DNA of 64,000 bases from Mobula birostris (Eukaryota): NCBI RefSeq assembly GCF_030028105.1, contig NC_092388.1, positions 9,448,508 to 9,512,507 of the forward strand, written 5' to 3'. Below the pieces are notes generated by a model. It saw only the letters and a program-made list of their open reading frames with translations, was not told the DNA's origin and did no database searches. This document shows positions 46,494 through 59,705 of the stretch, in pieces (position 1 is the first letter of the stretch; every line of letters begins with the position of its first letter). Both the position numbers and the translations under genes were made by a program.

Positions 46494-48339
46494 ATCTTGC
46501 ACATTGGAGCCCCCATAACCAGGTATTGATGCAAGCAATCAGAATGATCCCCATAGTACATCAGTAGAAATTTGCTAGAGTCTTTGGTGACTCTTCGGGG
46601 CTTTTTGGGGTTTGCATATATAGCAAACAGCTTCAGCAACTGATTTCAGCCACCAACCTTCAAATATGAATATAGACAGTAGATTAAATGTAAAATGCAG
46701 TTGTGAACAATGGGTTTCTAAAAGCTATGAACCACAGTTAAAGGGAAGATCAGACAATGCTGATTAGAATGCATTTGGATGTCTGGTGTGATTACGAAGC
46801 GGAAGGTTTGAAGTACGTGTGTGTTTCAAAGGAAGCATTGAGGATGCGTTGTAAATATGGAATTGCCCTTTGATCTTTAGCACCTAAAATGCTGTGTAGT
46901 GTTGTATTGAGCAGACTTTTTTTTCCTCCCAAAGAGTCTCAATTATGATGCATGCTGCGTCCACTTAGTCAAATAAAGAGACTATCTACCAGTACTTCTC
47001 TCCAGTGACTTTGCTCACGCTTTAAGAGTGACACACAAAATCTCCTTAAACTCCTAATGAAATATAAGTACTGGCATGCCTCCTTTGTGATTGGTTCAAT
47101 GTGTGTTCTCAGGATAGATCATCTGAGATATTGACGCCCAGGAACTTGAAGCTGCTCGTCCTTTCCAATGAGGACTAGAGTGTGCTCTCCTGACCTTCCC
47201 TTCCTTAAGTCCACAATCAGTTCCTTTGTCTTGCTGACACAGAATGCAAGGTTATTATTGCGACACCACTCAAATGGATGAAAGTCCGCATCCCTGCTTC
47301 CTGAGCACTTCGCGGGTGTTGCACAGAGGAGGGAAGGTCAAGTCAAGGGGAGCAGAAGGCATCACAGGGTGGACTTTCATCTCCTCTTTGTGGCCACTGA
47401 CCTCCTGCAACCAGCCGCCATGTCTCTGTTCTCCCTGTAGCCAATCACGTCGGAACCCATTACCCTTCTGACCCTCCATTCATGGAAACCTTCATATCCA
47501 TCGTTGGGACTGACTAAACTGAGCCAAATGGAAGCTCTGCCTGGGAAATATGGACATCTTTATGCACACAGCAGACCTTCAGAAGAGAACGTCTGTGAGA
47601 CTCTCACTCTCCTGTCACAGTGTTTTATACTTTGCAACATTTCAACGGTTAAGTTCACCTGCTTAGCCTTAATACCTTGAATACAACAGAATTCCATATT
47701 TACAATGGCAGTAAAGATAAAGTGATCTTTAAAGATGCACTTTATTTGTTACATTTACACCAAAACATCGGAACACACAGAGTCAAAGGATGTGCCGGGG
47801 GCAGCCTGCAAGTGTCCAGTGCCAACATAGCATGCTGACAATAAGCCTCACACGCACGTTTTAAGAACGTGGCAGGAAACCAGAGCACCCAGAGAAAACT
47901 CATGCAGTCACTGGAGGAACGCACAGACAGACAGAGGCGAGATTCAAACCCCATCGGTGACTGCTGCCGCAGTAAAACAATTGCGCTAACTGTTACACGT
48001 CTATGCCGCCCCCATGTGCTGTTAGGTATGTCCCCCAAGCAGTACCTCTGAATATTTAATTCTGGTGTCTGTTACAAAAGCTTCTAAGCATAAACTACAG
48101 AACAACACACAATATGCAGCAAGACCTCAGCAAGGTGAGGCAGCATCTATGGAAGTGAATAAAGAGTTGCCATTTCAGGCCAGGACCCTACATCAGGACT
48201 GGAAAGGAATGAGGCAGAAACCAGAATAAGAAGGTTTTTGTAACAGCGTTGAGATACGGCTTCCTGAATATATAACTAATCAAAATGTTAAGTGAGAAAA
48301 CAGATCCTGTCCTGAACTGCGCACTAAGAGACAGGGATA

Positions 48340-49485
48340 CACTTTTCAGGTCGAACTTTGGAGTATTGCGAACAGTTTTGGGCCCCTTATCTAAGAAAGG
48401 ATGTGCTGACATCGGAGGGGGACAAGAGGAGGAGAATGAATCTGCTTTCATAAGTTTAGCTTTCATAAGTCGAGGGATAGAGTTTAAGAGTCGCGAGGTG
48501 ATGATGCAGCTCTATAAAACTCTGGTTAGGCCACACTTGGAGTACTGTGTCCAGTTCTGGTCGCCTCACTATAGGAAGGATGTGGAAGCATTGGAAAAGG
48601 TACAGAGGAGATTTGCCAGGATGCTGCCTGGTTTAGAGAGTATGCATTATGATCAGAGATTAAGGGAGCTACTTTTTGGAGAAAAGGAGGATGAGAGGAG
48701 ACACGATAGAGGTATACAAGATATTAAAAGGAATGGATAGAGTGGATAGCCAGCACCTCTTCCCCAGGGGAAGCTAAGGGGTGGGAAGTTCAAGGGGGAT
48801 ATTAGAGGAAGGTTTTTTACTCAGAGAGCGGTTGATGCGTGGAATGCACTGCCTGAGTCAGTGGTGGAGGCAGATACACTAATGAAATGTAAGAACTACT
48901 AGACAGGTATATGGGGGAATTTAAGGTGGAGGGTTATATGGGAGGCAGGGTTTGAGGGTCGGCACAATATTGTGGGCTGAAGGGCCTATACTGTGCTGTA
49001 CTATTCTATGTTCTATGAATGAAAGGGTTACCATCTGAGGATTGATTGATGGCTCTGAGCCTGTACTCACTGGAATTCAGAAGAATGAAGGGTGATCTAA
49101 TTGAAACCCCTTGAATATTGAAAGGCCTCAATAGAGTGGATGTGGAGGGGATGTTTCATGTGGTGGGGAGTCTAGAACCAGAGGGCATAGCCTCAGAATA
49201 GAGGCAAGTCCATTTAGAATGGAGATGAGGAGGAATTTCTTTAGCCAGGGAGTGCTGAATCTTTGGAATTCGTTGCCACATATAGCAGTGGAGGCCAAGC
49301 CATTGGATATATTTAAAGCAGAGGATAATAGGTTCTTGATTAGTCGGGGCATAAAAGGATATAGAGAGAAGGCAAGAGATTGGGGCTGAGAGAGAAAATG
49401 AATCAGCCATGATGAAAGGCCGGAACAGACTTGATGGGCCAAATGGCCTAATTGTGCTCATATACCTTATGGTCTTATGATCTAT
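48340..49485 (+). mobile_element. CR1 fragment with a second CR1 subfamily copy nested at 48442-49014
   Basis: The inner copy encodes LAFISRGIEFKSREVMMQLYKTLVRPHLEYCVQFWSPHYRKD and ends ttctatgttct, flanked by atgaat at 48436-48441 and 49015-49020. The outer copy resumes and ends ccttatggtcttatg. Confidence 0.8.
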
Positions 49486-51446
49486 AGACTTAGTAATGTG
49501 CTAATCCAGGAAATGGTCACCTAATAGTAAACTCAAGAGATTCAGCAGATGCTGGAAGGCCAGACCAACACACGCAAAATGCTGGAGGAACTCAACAGGT
49601 CAGGCAGCATCAACGAAAATTAATAAACTGTCAAAGTTTTGGGCCGAGACTCCTTTTCAGGACTGGAAAGGAAGGGAGGAGACGCCAGAATATAAAAGGT
49701 GGGGGAAGGGAAGAAGGATAGCTGGAAGGGGATAGGAGAAGCTGGGTGGCTGGGGAAGGTCAAGGGCTCGAGAGGAAGGAATCTGATAGGAGAGGACAGT
49801 GGACCTTGTGAGGGGCACCAAGGGGAGGTGATAAGCAGATGGGAAGAGGTAAGAGGCCAGAGTGGGGGATAGAAGAGGGGAGGCAGAGGGAAAGATTTTT
49901 TTACCAGAAGGAAAAATTGATATTTATGGTCACCTATTGCCTTCTCCGATCTCATCCTGAAGTTTTCAATGGCTACCAATTAATGAGAACATTCATCTAC
50001 TGTTTTCCCCTGTGTAGTTTCAATGTGACAGAATCAGAATGCTGCACTAGCCATAGAGTATCATCGGAAGTTAATTTACTTTTTATTTATTTTATTCAGT
50101 GATACAGCACGGTAACAGGCTGTCTTGGCCCTACGAGCCCCAGATAAATTGGAGTTCGATCTTGACCCATTCAGAGTTGTAAACAGGGAGGCAGAGAGAC
50201 ATAAAGTGAAGTAACACACACAAAATGCTGGAGGAACTCAGCAGGTCAGTCAGCATCTATGGAGAGGGATAAACAGCCAATGTTTTGGACCAAGACCCTT
50301 CTTCAGAGACTTCTCCCAGGGCAGAAGTGATAGTAATTCACTCCAAATGTGACTGGAGTAAAGAATAAGGTGGAATTTGCACACTTTTCTGCAAGTTCAG
50401 ATTGGTGCCACCATAGTTTTATGGCTAATACAATGGGGAATGTCAGGGGCCATTTTTTATTAAGAAATTGGTGTGTGCATGAAACGTACTACCAGGGGTG
50501 GTGATACAGGCAGATACATTAGGGACATTTAAGACACTCGTAGATAGACATATGAAGGATAGAAAAATGGAGGGCTAGGTAGGAGTGAAAGCTTATTGGG
50601 GTTTCCAACCTTTTTATGCCATGGACCAATACCACTAAGCATTAGGTAGGTTGGGAACCACAAGGTTAGATTGACTTTAAAGAAGGTTAAAATGCCGGGA
50701 CAACATCGTGGGCCAAAGGGCCTGTACTGTGTTGTGCAGTTCTATGTTCTATGTTCTATCAGGAGTCTTGGAGACTTGCCGAGTTCCTCAAGCGTTTTGT
50801 GTGTGTTGTTGTTCAAGATTTCCAGCATCTGCCGAATCTCTTGTGCTTATGAAGTTAAATAAAACAGCTGTGGACTTGCTGCTGGAAATGTGAACTGTTC
50901 AGCTGTGACCTGACTTGAAGGCCCACTACACCCATTGGAAACGAACAAGGGATTTGTTAACATTCATAAGATCCTGCTCATGATCTTGCCCTTACCTTTC
51001 TTGCTGCTGGTTCATCAACCCTTCTACTAATCATTGTTGGCAAAAAATCGGAAATAGCCGCTTCCCAGATGTAATTCAAGAAACCCTCAGCGTCAGGTCT
51101 GGGAGTTACTTTTCATGCCTTTAGGCAGCTTGGCTACATAGATGATTTTAAAGGTCTTCCAATGTGTGTACAATGTCTTGCACTCTTAAAGGGTCCCGGC
51201 AGCAGAGCATTTCTCCTTTTATCAATGTCTTCTCGGTTCCCCCATGGCTAGAGAAGCAGAGGCTGGAGGAGCAAAATAGGAATACATCTCTGCAGAGCCT
51301 ATTACATTTGCAGGACTGCTGTTGCAAAACTAATTACAGCCAATGAAGTACAGTTGTGAAATATATAGTCATTTTGCTATGGAACAACATGCACAACATG
51401 CTGGAGGAATTCAGTAGGTCGTGCAGCATCTATGGAGGGGAATACA

Positions 51447-51484
51447 CAGTCGACATTTCGGGCTGAGACCCTTCATCAGGACTG
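51447..51484 (-). ncRNA. Minimal type I hammerhead ribozyme, near-intact
   Basis: Minus strand: cagtc-CTGATGA-a-gggtctcagccc-GAAA-t-GTC-gactg. All core nucleotides are present, with a GUC cleavage triplet. Confidence 0.75.
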
Positions 51485-52056
51485 GAAAGGAAGGGGTAGA
51501 AGTCAAAATAAGAAAGTTGACATCCATAGTGAAAATGAAGCAATCAGGGCCAGGGAACTGAAAGTGGTTGAAGAGACTGAGGTTGTCTGAAGTGTCACGG
51601 ATGTAAGTGGGAGGGTTTGATTCAAAGGGGACAAAATGGAGCCAAGGTAAGCGGACACAAGCTCCGTGGGTCAGGAGCAGGCAGAAACAATGGGCCCACC
51701 TGGACAGTCAGTTCAGTGGATCCTGGGTAGAAGGTAGAAACAAGCAGTGCAGGGCAAGAGAACAATGAGGTTGGTGACAGTGGATGGGAGATCTCCAGAG
51801 GTGATAAGGTTGGCCTAATGCACTTTAGTAGGATCCCACTCTTTCAGTTCTATTTTATGATGAAAATCTTGTCAGCCAGTTTTTGCAAGGGGATTCAGAA
51901 CCAGAATCACATGTATGGAGCTCAAAGGCACATTCAACGATTCAGGAATAACTCCTTCCCCTCTGCCATCTGATTTCTGAATGGACATTGAACCCATGAA
52001 TACTATCTCACTTTTTTTTTCCTTTTTTGCACTAAATTTTTAACTTAAATTTTAAA

Positions 52057-52080
52057 ATATATATATATATATATATATAT
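52057..52080. repeat. (AT)12 microsatellite
   Basis: Pure AT run inside a LINE 3' UTR. Confidence 0.9.
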
Positions 52081-53404
52081 TTATTCTGATTTACAGTTAT
52101 TATGTATTACAATGTACTGCTTCCACATAACAACAAATTTCACAACATATGCCAGTGATATTAAACCTAATTCTGATTCTGAATCTGACATTTCACAACC
52201 ATACATTTCTTGATGTACAGTGACCAGAACGATACACATATATGTAGATATGTCACAAAATTTGTTGTTCTGCAGCATGCAATACATAAAATATACTATA
52301 AATTACAATTTATATGATTGCCATTTGGGATAATGTTGCAACTCAGTGATTTCTGAAGCTGTTTGGGTTTTTGGATGTTGGAGCGGATGGAGCTGGGGGT
52401 GTGGTGTGCCAGGAGGATGGGGTGATAGGCAGCAGCAAGTTGACATTATTTTACTTTTTACAATACACACTTTAAATTACAATAAGAAATATAAAAAATA
52501 ATTATATAGTGAAAAAGAGAGGAAAAACGCATAGTGCAAAAGAGAGAAAAGTATATAAAAGTAATGCAGAAGAGAGGATTCACCTACAAGTAGTAATGTG
52601 ATGACATAAGATAGCTGGAAACATTCGGTATGTAAGAGAGCGCCTGGGGGAAGAGAAACAGCGTTAACTTTTTTAGGTTAAACTCCTTTGTAAGAATTCT
52701 GACTAAAGATCTTCACCAGAATTTGCTCCAGCATTTGGTGTGTTGTTGAATCAGAAATGTTCACTCTGTTTCTTTTTTACAGTCCCAGGGTTTCAGGTTC
52801 AGAATCAGAAACAGGTTTATTATCACTAACATTAAATTTGTCACAAAATTCGTGGTTTTGTAGCAGCAGTACAGTGTAATATATAAAATTTGATTTATTA
52901 TTGTCATGTATACTGAGGTACAGTGAGGAGATTGTCTTGCATACTTTTCAAAATTATTAGACCATTATACAGAGTGTAAAAGCTACAGAGAAAAAGCAGT
53001 GCAGGTAAACATTAATACCATGAGACACAGGAGCAGAATTCGCACATCCAGTCTGCTCCGCCATTCCATCATGGCTGATTTATTATCCTCCTCAACCCCG
53101 TTCTCCTGTCTTCGCCTCATAACCTTTGATGCCATGACTAATCAAGGTCCTGTCAACCTCTGTTTTAAATATACCCAATGACTTGGCCTCCATAGCCATC
53201 TGTGGCAATGAATTCCACAGATTCACCACCCTCTGGCTAAAGAAAATCCTCCTCATCTCAGTTTGAAATGGACCATTCCTCTATTCTGAGGCTGTGGCCT
53301 CTGGTCTGAGATTCACCCAAGGTGCAAGCTCATAACGAGGTAGATTGTGGGGTCAAAACTCCATCCTATCATACTAGGGAACCATTTAAAAGTCGTATAA
53401 CAGT

Positions 53405-53980
53405 GCTGGCTGGGTGGGATACGTCTATCCCAGAAGAGGTGTAAGGCACTCCTTCCCTCTGCTAGCCTGCAGGCCACCTTTGGGCAAGGAGTATCACCTG
53501 CTTAGCCCCTCGGTCAGGGTCATGTAAAGCTGTGGGAGCAGGTGGTAGATGCTGGCACGAGCAGCTGGTGCATATCATAAGTCCTGGTTATGTGACCACT
53601 GACACAGACAGATAGTCTCTGAAGAGCATTGATAATGGCTGGTCACAAACAAGAGAAAATCTGCAGCTGCTGGAAATCCAAGCAACACCCACAAAATACT
53701 GGAGGAACTCAGCAGGCCGGGCTGCATCAATGGAAAAGAGTAAGCCGTTGATGTTTCAGGCCGAGACCCTTCATCAGGAGTGTTTACCCTTCTCCGCAGA
53801 TACTGCCTGGCCTGTCGAGTTCCTCCAGCATTTTGTGTGCCTCACCCCCTCTTGTAAAAACACTGCCCAGAAGAAGGCAACGGCAAACTACTGGAGAAAA
53901 ATTTGCCAAGAACAATCGTGGTCACGGAAAAGACGGTGACAACCTGCGTCATACGACAGGGCACATAGTGATGATGATGT
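53405..53980 (+). mobile_element. RTE-dependent SINE-like element interrupted by a Penelope fold-back insert (~53647-53841)
   Basis: Homologous to 30250-30639. Breaks at ggtcac and resumes at ctcacccc; (gat)n tail. Confidence 0.7.
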
Positions 53981-55276
53981 CAACGGTGGAGTAGAAGCAG
54001 GTCCTGGGTCTGGTGTATCTTCTGACTGATGAAAGAGGGAAGAAGAAAGAATCTTAAACACAAGAGATCCTGCAGTTCTGGAAATCCAGAGTAACAGACA
54101 CAAAATGCTGGAGGAACTCAGCAGGTCAGGTAGCATTTATGGAGAGGAATAAAGAGTCGATGTTTTGCCCCAAGATCCTTCATCAGGACCCTGACAATCA
54201 AAGGTGTATCCCTGCCAGTTCAGGACAGGTCTGTTTGGTCACTTAATTTTATGGATAGTTGGATACTCACGGAGCCATCCCTCAACACTGTAACAAAATG
54301 AGTATATTTGTACTCAGAGGCTTTTGGAACAGGCACCAGTATTGAATATTCAAAGGGATTCTGCGATTTGGGATCTGCTACCGTTGCAAATATGTAATTC
54401 TGTAAATTTACTGACTATATTCAAAATGTTAAAGTTATATAGGTACTTATAGCAATTGAAACTGTTAATTGTTTATTGTTATCTTTTTCTCGAAGAAGTA
54501 TAAAATATTGTGTCAGGAGAGTAAGAATCCCTTGGATTTTCCTGAACTCACTCTCTCCTGGAGGTTTGCTGTGTGAATAAAGACTTTTATATTTCCCAGT
54601 TACCTCTTCCATGTGGCTCAATTTTAGTCAGTCACATGAAAGTTCAAGGAACATTTATTATACAACCGTGAGATTTGTCTCCTTACAAGCAGCCACAAAA
54701 CAAAGAAACCCAAAAGAACCAATAAAAAAAGACTGTCAAATACCTAATGTGCAGAGAGAAAAGAAATTGTGCAAATGATACAAGTAAGCATATAGCAATC
54801 AGAACAAAAGTGATGTTGAAGGCACTCTTCCCCTAGTGAGACTAGAGAGGTCAGTTCAGAATAGGGGGCATCTATTAAGGTCAAAGGTGAGCAAGAAGCT
54901 GTCTTCTCAGAGCAGTCACAAATGTCTACGCCACAGGGCCACTGAGGTAAAGTCACTGAAAATATTTATGGTGGAGTTTGGCAAACTCTTGAACTACATG
55001 GGAGTCAAGGAATATCAGACAAGATTAGGTGATGGGTCCTGGTAGCATAGCAGTTGCAGCACTAGTGATCAGGGTTCAATTCCACCACTGTGTGTAAGGA
55101 GATTTTTCGTTCTCCCTGTGATTGCATGAGTTTCCTCTGGGTGCTCCAGTTCCCTCCCACATTCTAAAGACATTCAGGTTAAGATTAGTAAGTTGTGGAC
55201 ATGTTATGTCAGCACTGGAAGAAAGGTAACACTTGCGGGCTGCCTCCAGCGCATGTTCTGATGTACATATTTTTTT

Positions 55277-55931
55277 TAGATTATGCGGACCCTCAGTCCT
55301 CATTTATTGTCATTTAGTAATGCATGCATTAAGAAATGATATAACGTTCCTCCAGTATGATATCACAGAAACACAAGACAGACCAAGACTAAAGCTGACA
55401 AAATCCACATAATTATAACATAGTTACAACAGTGCAAAGCAATACCGTAATTTGATAAAGAGCAGACCATGGGCATGGTAAAGAAAAGTCTCAAAGTCCC
55501 AATAGCCCCATCATCTCACGCAGACTGTAGAAGGAAGTAAAGCTCTCCCTGCCATGAACCTCCAGTGTCGCGATGCAGCACCCTAGAAACACCCGACCAC
55601 AGCCGACTCTGAGTCCCTCTGAAAACTTGGAGCTTCCGACCAGTCCTCCGACACCGAGCACCATCTCCGCCGAGTGCTTCGACCCTGGCCATAGCTGCCA
55701 AGCAACAGGCAAAGCCAAGGATTCGGGGCCTTCCCCTCCGGAGATTCTGGATCGCACAGTAGCAGCGGCAGCGAAACAGGCATTTCAGAAGTTTCACCAG
55801 ACGTTCCTTTGTGTTTCTCATGTCCGTCTCCATCAAATCAGGATTGTGCACGGCATCCTACTTGACAGATAACAGATATCATTCACCGGAGTGGCTGCTG
55901 CGTGCTGCATCGTGTCACCATCTTCTCTTCT
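55277..55931 (-). mobile_element. Non-autonomous retroposon, subfamily B
   Basis: Colinear with 61150-61834 over its whole length. Confidence 0.8.
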
Positions 55932-56601
55932 ACGATAAGTAAAGCTAATCTTTATAAAGTTTGGATCAGCCATGATGTTATTGAGAGCAGAAAAAGCTCA
56001 AGAGAGGGAGAAGCCTAATCTTGCTGCTGCTTTTTCTGTTTATATGTGACACTGTTAATGCTATTTATCTGGGCCGTTCATTAGTCTAGGTCACCACTCG
56101 TGTATTTGGGCTCAGACATGCAACATTATCTGACAATGTAGTAAAGGAAGTACAGGTTTCCAGCAGATGGGAAGTCCATAATGTTATAACTCTGAATTAT
56201 ATGACCTTGCACCTTTAGCAAGAAATCACTCTCAAAGGAAAAGGATTTTAATGTTATGACTACAACACTGCAGACATATCCATCCTGTGACAGGGAATGT
56301 AAAAATATTGAATTGAAATTGTACACCTAATCCTGATTGTTTTTAATTCTCATATTCCAGACTAATTTTGTTGAAACATTTTTCAAAAATATGTTTCTCC
56401 AATGGTCCACTCTTCCCTCCTATCTGATTAATTCGTCTTCAGCCTTTTCCCTTTTCCACCTATCACCTCCCAGCTTCTTACTTCATGTCCCCTCTCCACC
56501 CGCCCACCTTCCTCCTCACCTGTCTTCACTCATCACTTGCCAGACTGTACTCCTCTCCTGCCCTGCCCACCTTCTATTCTGGCATCTTCCCCCTTCATTT
56601 C

Positions 56602-56639
56602 CAGTCCTGAAGAAGGATCTCGGCCTGAAACGTTGACTG
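56602..56639 (+). ncRNA. Minimal type I hammerhead ribozyme, near-intact
   Basis: cagtc-CTGAAGA-aggatctcggcct-GAAAC-GTT-gactg: core CUGANGA/GAAA, NUH triplet GUU, palindromic ACGU stem III. Confidence 0.7.
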
Positions 56640-58539
56640 TTTATTTTTCTCCATAGACGCTGCCTGACCTGCTGAGTCCTCCCTAGCATTTTGTGTGTGT
56701 TGCTCTGCATTTCCAACATCTGCAGAATCTCTTGTCTTTGCATTGTTAAAATAATGCTTTTTTTTGGAAAAGTTCAACAACTAAAAGCAAAGTGCTTCTA
56801 AAAGGCCATTAAGATGCAACAAATTTAATATTTTTTTCATTGAACAATTCACTAGCCTGGTTTCAATTGAAAACTCTGTTTTTGGTATCAGTTACTCATT
56901 ATTATAATTATAGTTGAATTTGCCTTGCTTTGTCTAACCACATTATTGATTTTTGCTTTGGACCTCCAAGTTTATCTGAGGTTTTGTATTTCAGGTGGGT
57001 GTTGGACTGATATCCGAACACATTGATTCTTTTTTCATGTCTAGAAATAAATACTACTGTTCATGTGTAAAGGAATGCTTTTCCAAAGAAAATGAAATGC
57101 TGTTTCTTACATAAAAAAAGGATGCAGCTGTTCTGTCGGCTTTAACTTTAATTATCCCATGGTTTCTTTTACAATGACTAACTTATTTGCCAGCTTGTTA
57201 AAGATTCAAGTTGCAAACCTATTAAATGACTTGGATTTTAAATACATTCCTTACAAGAAATGGAACTGGAATCAAAATCAGAATTAGAATCGGAATCAGG
57301 TTTAACATGTCTGGCACAAGTCATGAATGATGCCGTTTTGCAGCAGCAGTACATTGTAATACATCATTTTTAAAAAACTATAAATTACAATAAGAAATGA
57401 GTATATAAAAATAAATTAAATAGTGCAGAAAGAAAGCAAAAAAGAAAAAAAAAGTGAGATAGTGTTTATGGATTCATTGTCCATTCAGAAATCTAAATGG
57501 CAAAGGGGAAGAAGCTTAAGATGCTGAGTGTGTGTCTTCAGGCTTCTGTATCTCCTCCTTGGTGAGAAGAGAGCATGTTCTGGCTGATGGGGGTCTTTAA
57601 GGATTGGATGCCACATTTTTGAGGCAAAGCCTTTTGAAGATGTCCTTGATGCCGGGGAGGCTAGTGTCCATGATGGACCGGGCAGAGTTTGCAACCATCT
57701 GCAGCTTTTTCTGAACCTGTTCAATGGCTTCTCCATACTAGACAGTGATACAACCAGTTAGAATGCTCTCCACAGTACATCTGTAGAACTTTGCGAGAGC
57801 CTTTAGTGACATACCGAGTCATACTAATGACACAAACAAGGTCTGCTTATTGCCAATCCACAATGTGTTCCCTGTTCCTACTGAGGGCAGCAAGAATAAG
57901 CCTGAGAATTCCCGAGCTTTGGAAAGAACAAGGTGAGAGTTGTTCCACAATGACTCCAGCTGGAAAAGGCTGTTCTCCAGATTTAGAGTTATGATTGGGC
58001 CAATTATCCTTGCAACTCCTTCCACAGTTGAAATGCCAAATGCCATTAAGGTGAAAGGTCCTCACCATTAGGTCATGGCCTTGTCTCAGTACTACCATTC
58101 AGGGAGGAGGTACAGGAGCCTGAAGACTCATGCTTGATGCTTCTTCTCTTCCATCAGATTTCTGAATGGCCTATGAACCCATGAACACTACCTTGCTATT
58201 CCTCTCTCATGCCATCTATCTGTCTCTATTGTGACTTAAAGTGATTTTTATGTCCTGCACTGTACTACTGCCACAAATCAACAAGTTTCATGACATATGT
58301 GAGTGATAATAAACGTGAGTCCGATTCTGCCCTTTATTAATAAGATCACTGTCTCCTTTTCCCGCTGCTGAAATTTTTGTGACTGCAAATAGTTAGTTAG
58401 CTGGAATGTTCTGGATTAAAGCCAAGTTTCTATTGACATTATAAAATTGTGTGTTTTGTTCTAATAGCCACTCATTAAAAAAAAATTATTTCTAATAATC
58501 TGCAGGTTGATACACTAACAAGCTCCTTAAGGTCATGGG

Positions 58540-59077
58540 GGGTGGGGGAACAGCAGTGTGTGGGTAGTGGCGATAAGCTCCCACTATTTATTAAATGCTC
58601 CCAATGGCAAATGTCTCAAATAGCCTCTGACAACCAAGTCCAGCTCCTGGCCTTAACGTGTGGCAGAGCCGTTTGTACTGACAGGAGAAGGGGCAAAGGA
58701 GGATTACGGGCGTCTTAAAAGCGGTCGCTTCAGGCAGATGGAGCTCATCAGCTATGGTGGCAACTCCTCTGGGAGAAGAAAAACTCTGATCTCAAACCTC
58801 TGCTGCCTTAAGGCTATACCCACTGATGGGCAAGGCTGCAGGAGTAAACCCCGAGGAAAAACCAGGAGCTGGAGTCCGGAAGCAATCCTACCTTGAGTTC
58901 AAACACTGACTGGCAACTCCTTCCAGTCTTTTGGACTCACCAGCTGCGTGGAGAAGGGAATCCTGCTTGGCAACAGTCTGCTCTACATGTCCTACTGGTC
59001 TGGCTTGTGTATCGATGAACAGCAAGAATGTAGGCAGCTAAGATGCAACGTCCATGGTCGACCCTGGACTGACTGAG
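58540..59077 (+). mobile_element. Non-autonomous RTE-related element (5' UTR-like)
   Basis: Contains ggagaagaaaaactctgatctcaaacctc, resembling the RTE 5' UTR motif ggagaaggaaaactctgaattcaaacc. Ends with ggactgactga, the same tail type as the RTE at 42890-43570. Confidence 0.55.
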
Positions 59078-59296
59078 GGCCCCAAATGGTATGCTAACAT
59101 CATGGCAAGGCAGCTTAATTAAAAAGCATCCTACATGTCCATATGTGTCCACTGACCCACTGTCAATTTTTCCCAAGTGAGTAGGTGATTAGTCAAAGTG
59201 GGAGCATGTTGGTGGGGAACACTGGGGAAAGTACAACACGAGAAAGGAACGTTGTCAAAAATAAAGAGGAGTTGGATGGTTTGATTGTAGAGAATA

Positions 59297-59705
59297 CACT
59301 CAATGCCCACTTCATTAGGTACAACTGCTGATTAATGTAAATATCCAATCAGCCAATCATGTGACAGCAACTCAATGCATAAGAGCAATCAGGCATGGTC
59401 AAGAGCTTCAGTTGTTGTTCAGACCAAGAAATGTGATGATCTAAGTGACTTTGGCGGTGGAATGATTGCTAGTGGCCAGACAGGGTGACCTGAGTATCTC
59501 AGAAACTGTTGATCTCTTGAGGTTATCACATACATCAGTAGTTGACCGTGGAATGATTTTTGGTGCCAGATGGGGTGGATTGAGTATCTCAGAAACTGCT
59601 GATTTCCTGGGATTTTCACACACAACAGACTCTAGAGTTGTGCTACAGCAGCAGAAGGCCACAAGCATACACTCTGTTGTCACTTTATTTATTAGGTACT
59701 GGAGG
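59297..59705 (+). mobile_element. Tc1-like non-autonomous derivative with internal tandem duplication
   Basis: TA + cactcaatgcccacttcattaggtaca TIR. The transposase N-terminal segment (DRGMI.GAR.GGLSISET.D.L) is present twice. Homologous to 33658-34060. Confidence 0.7.

Noticed and set aside
50598-50665. Tiny Charlie-type MITE (ggggtttccaacc...ggttgggaacc) inside a CR1 tail
   Set aside because: Plausible, but the termini are degraded and no TSD could be confirmed.
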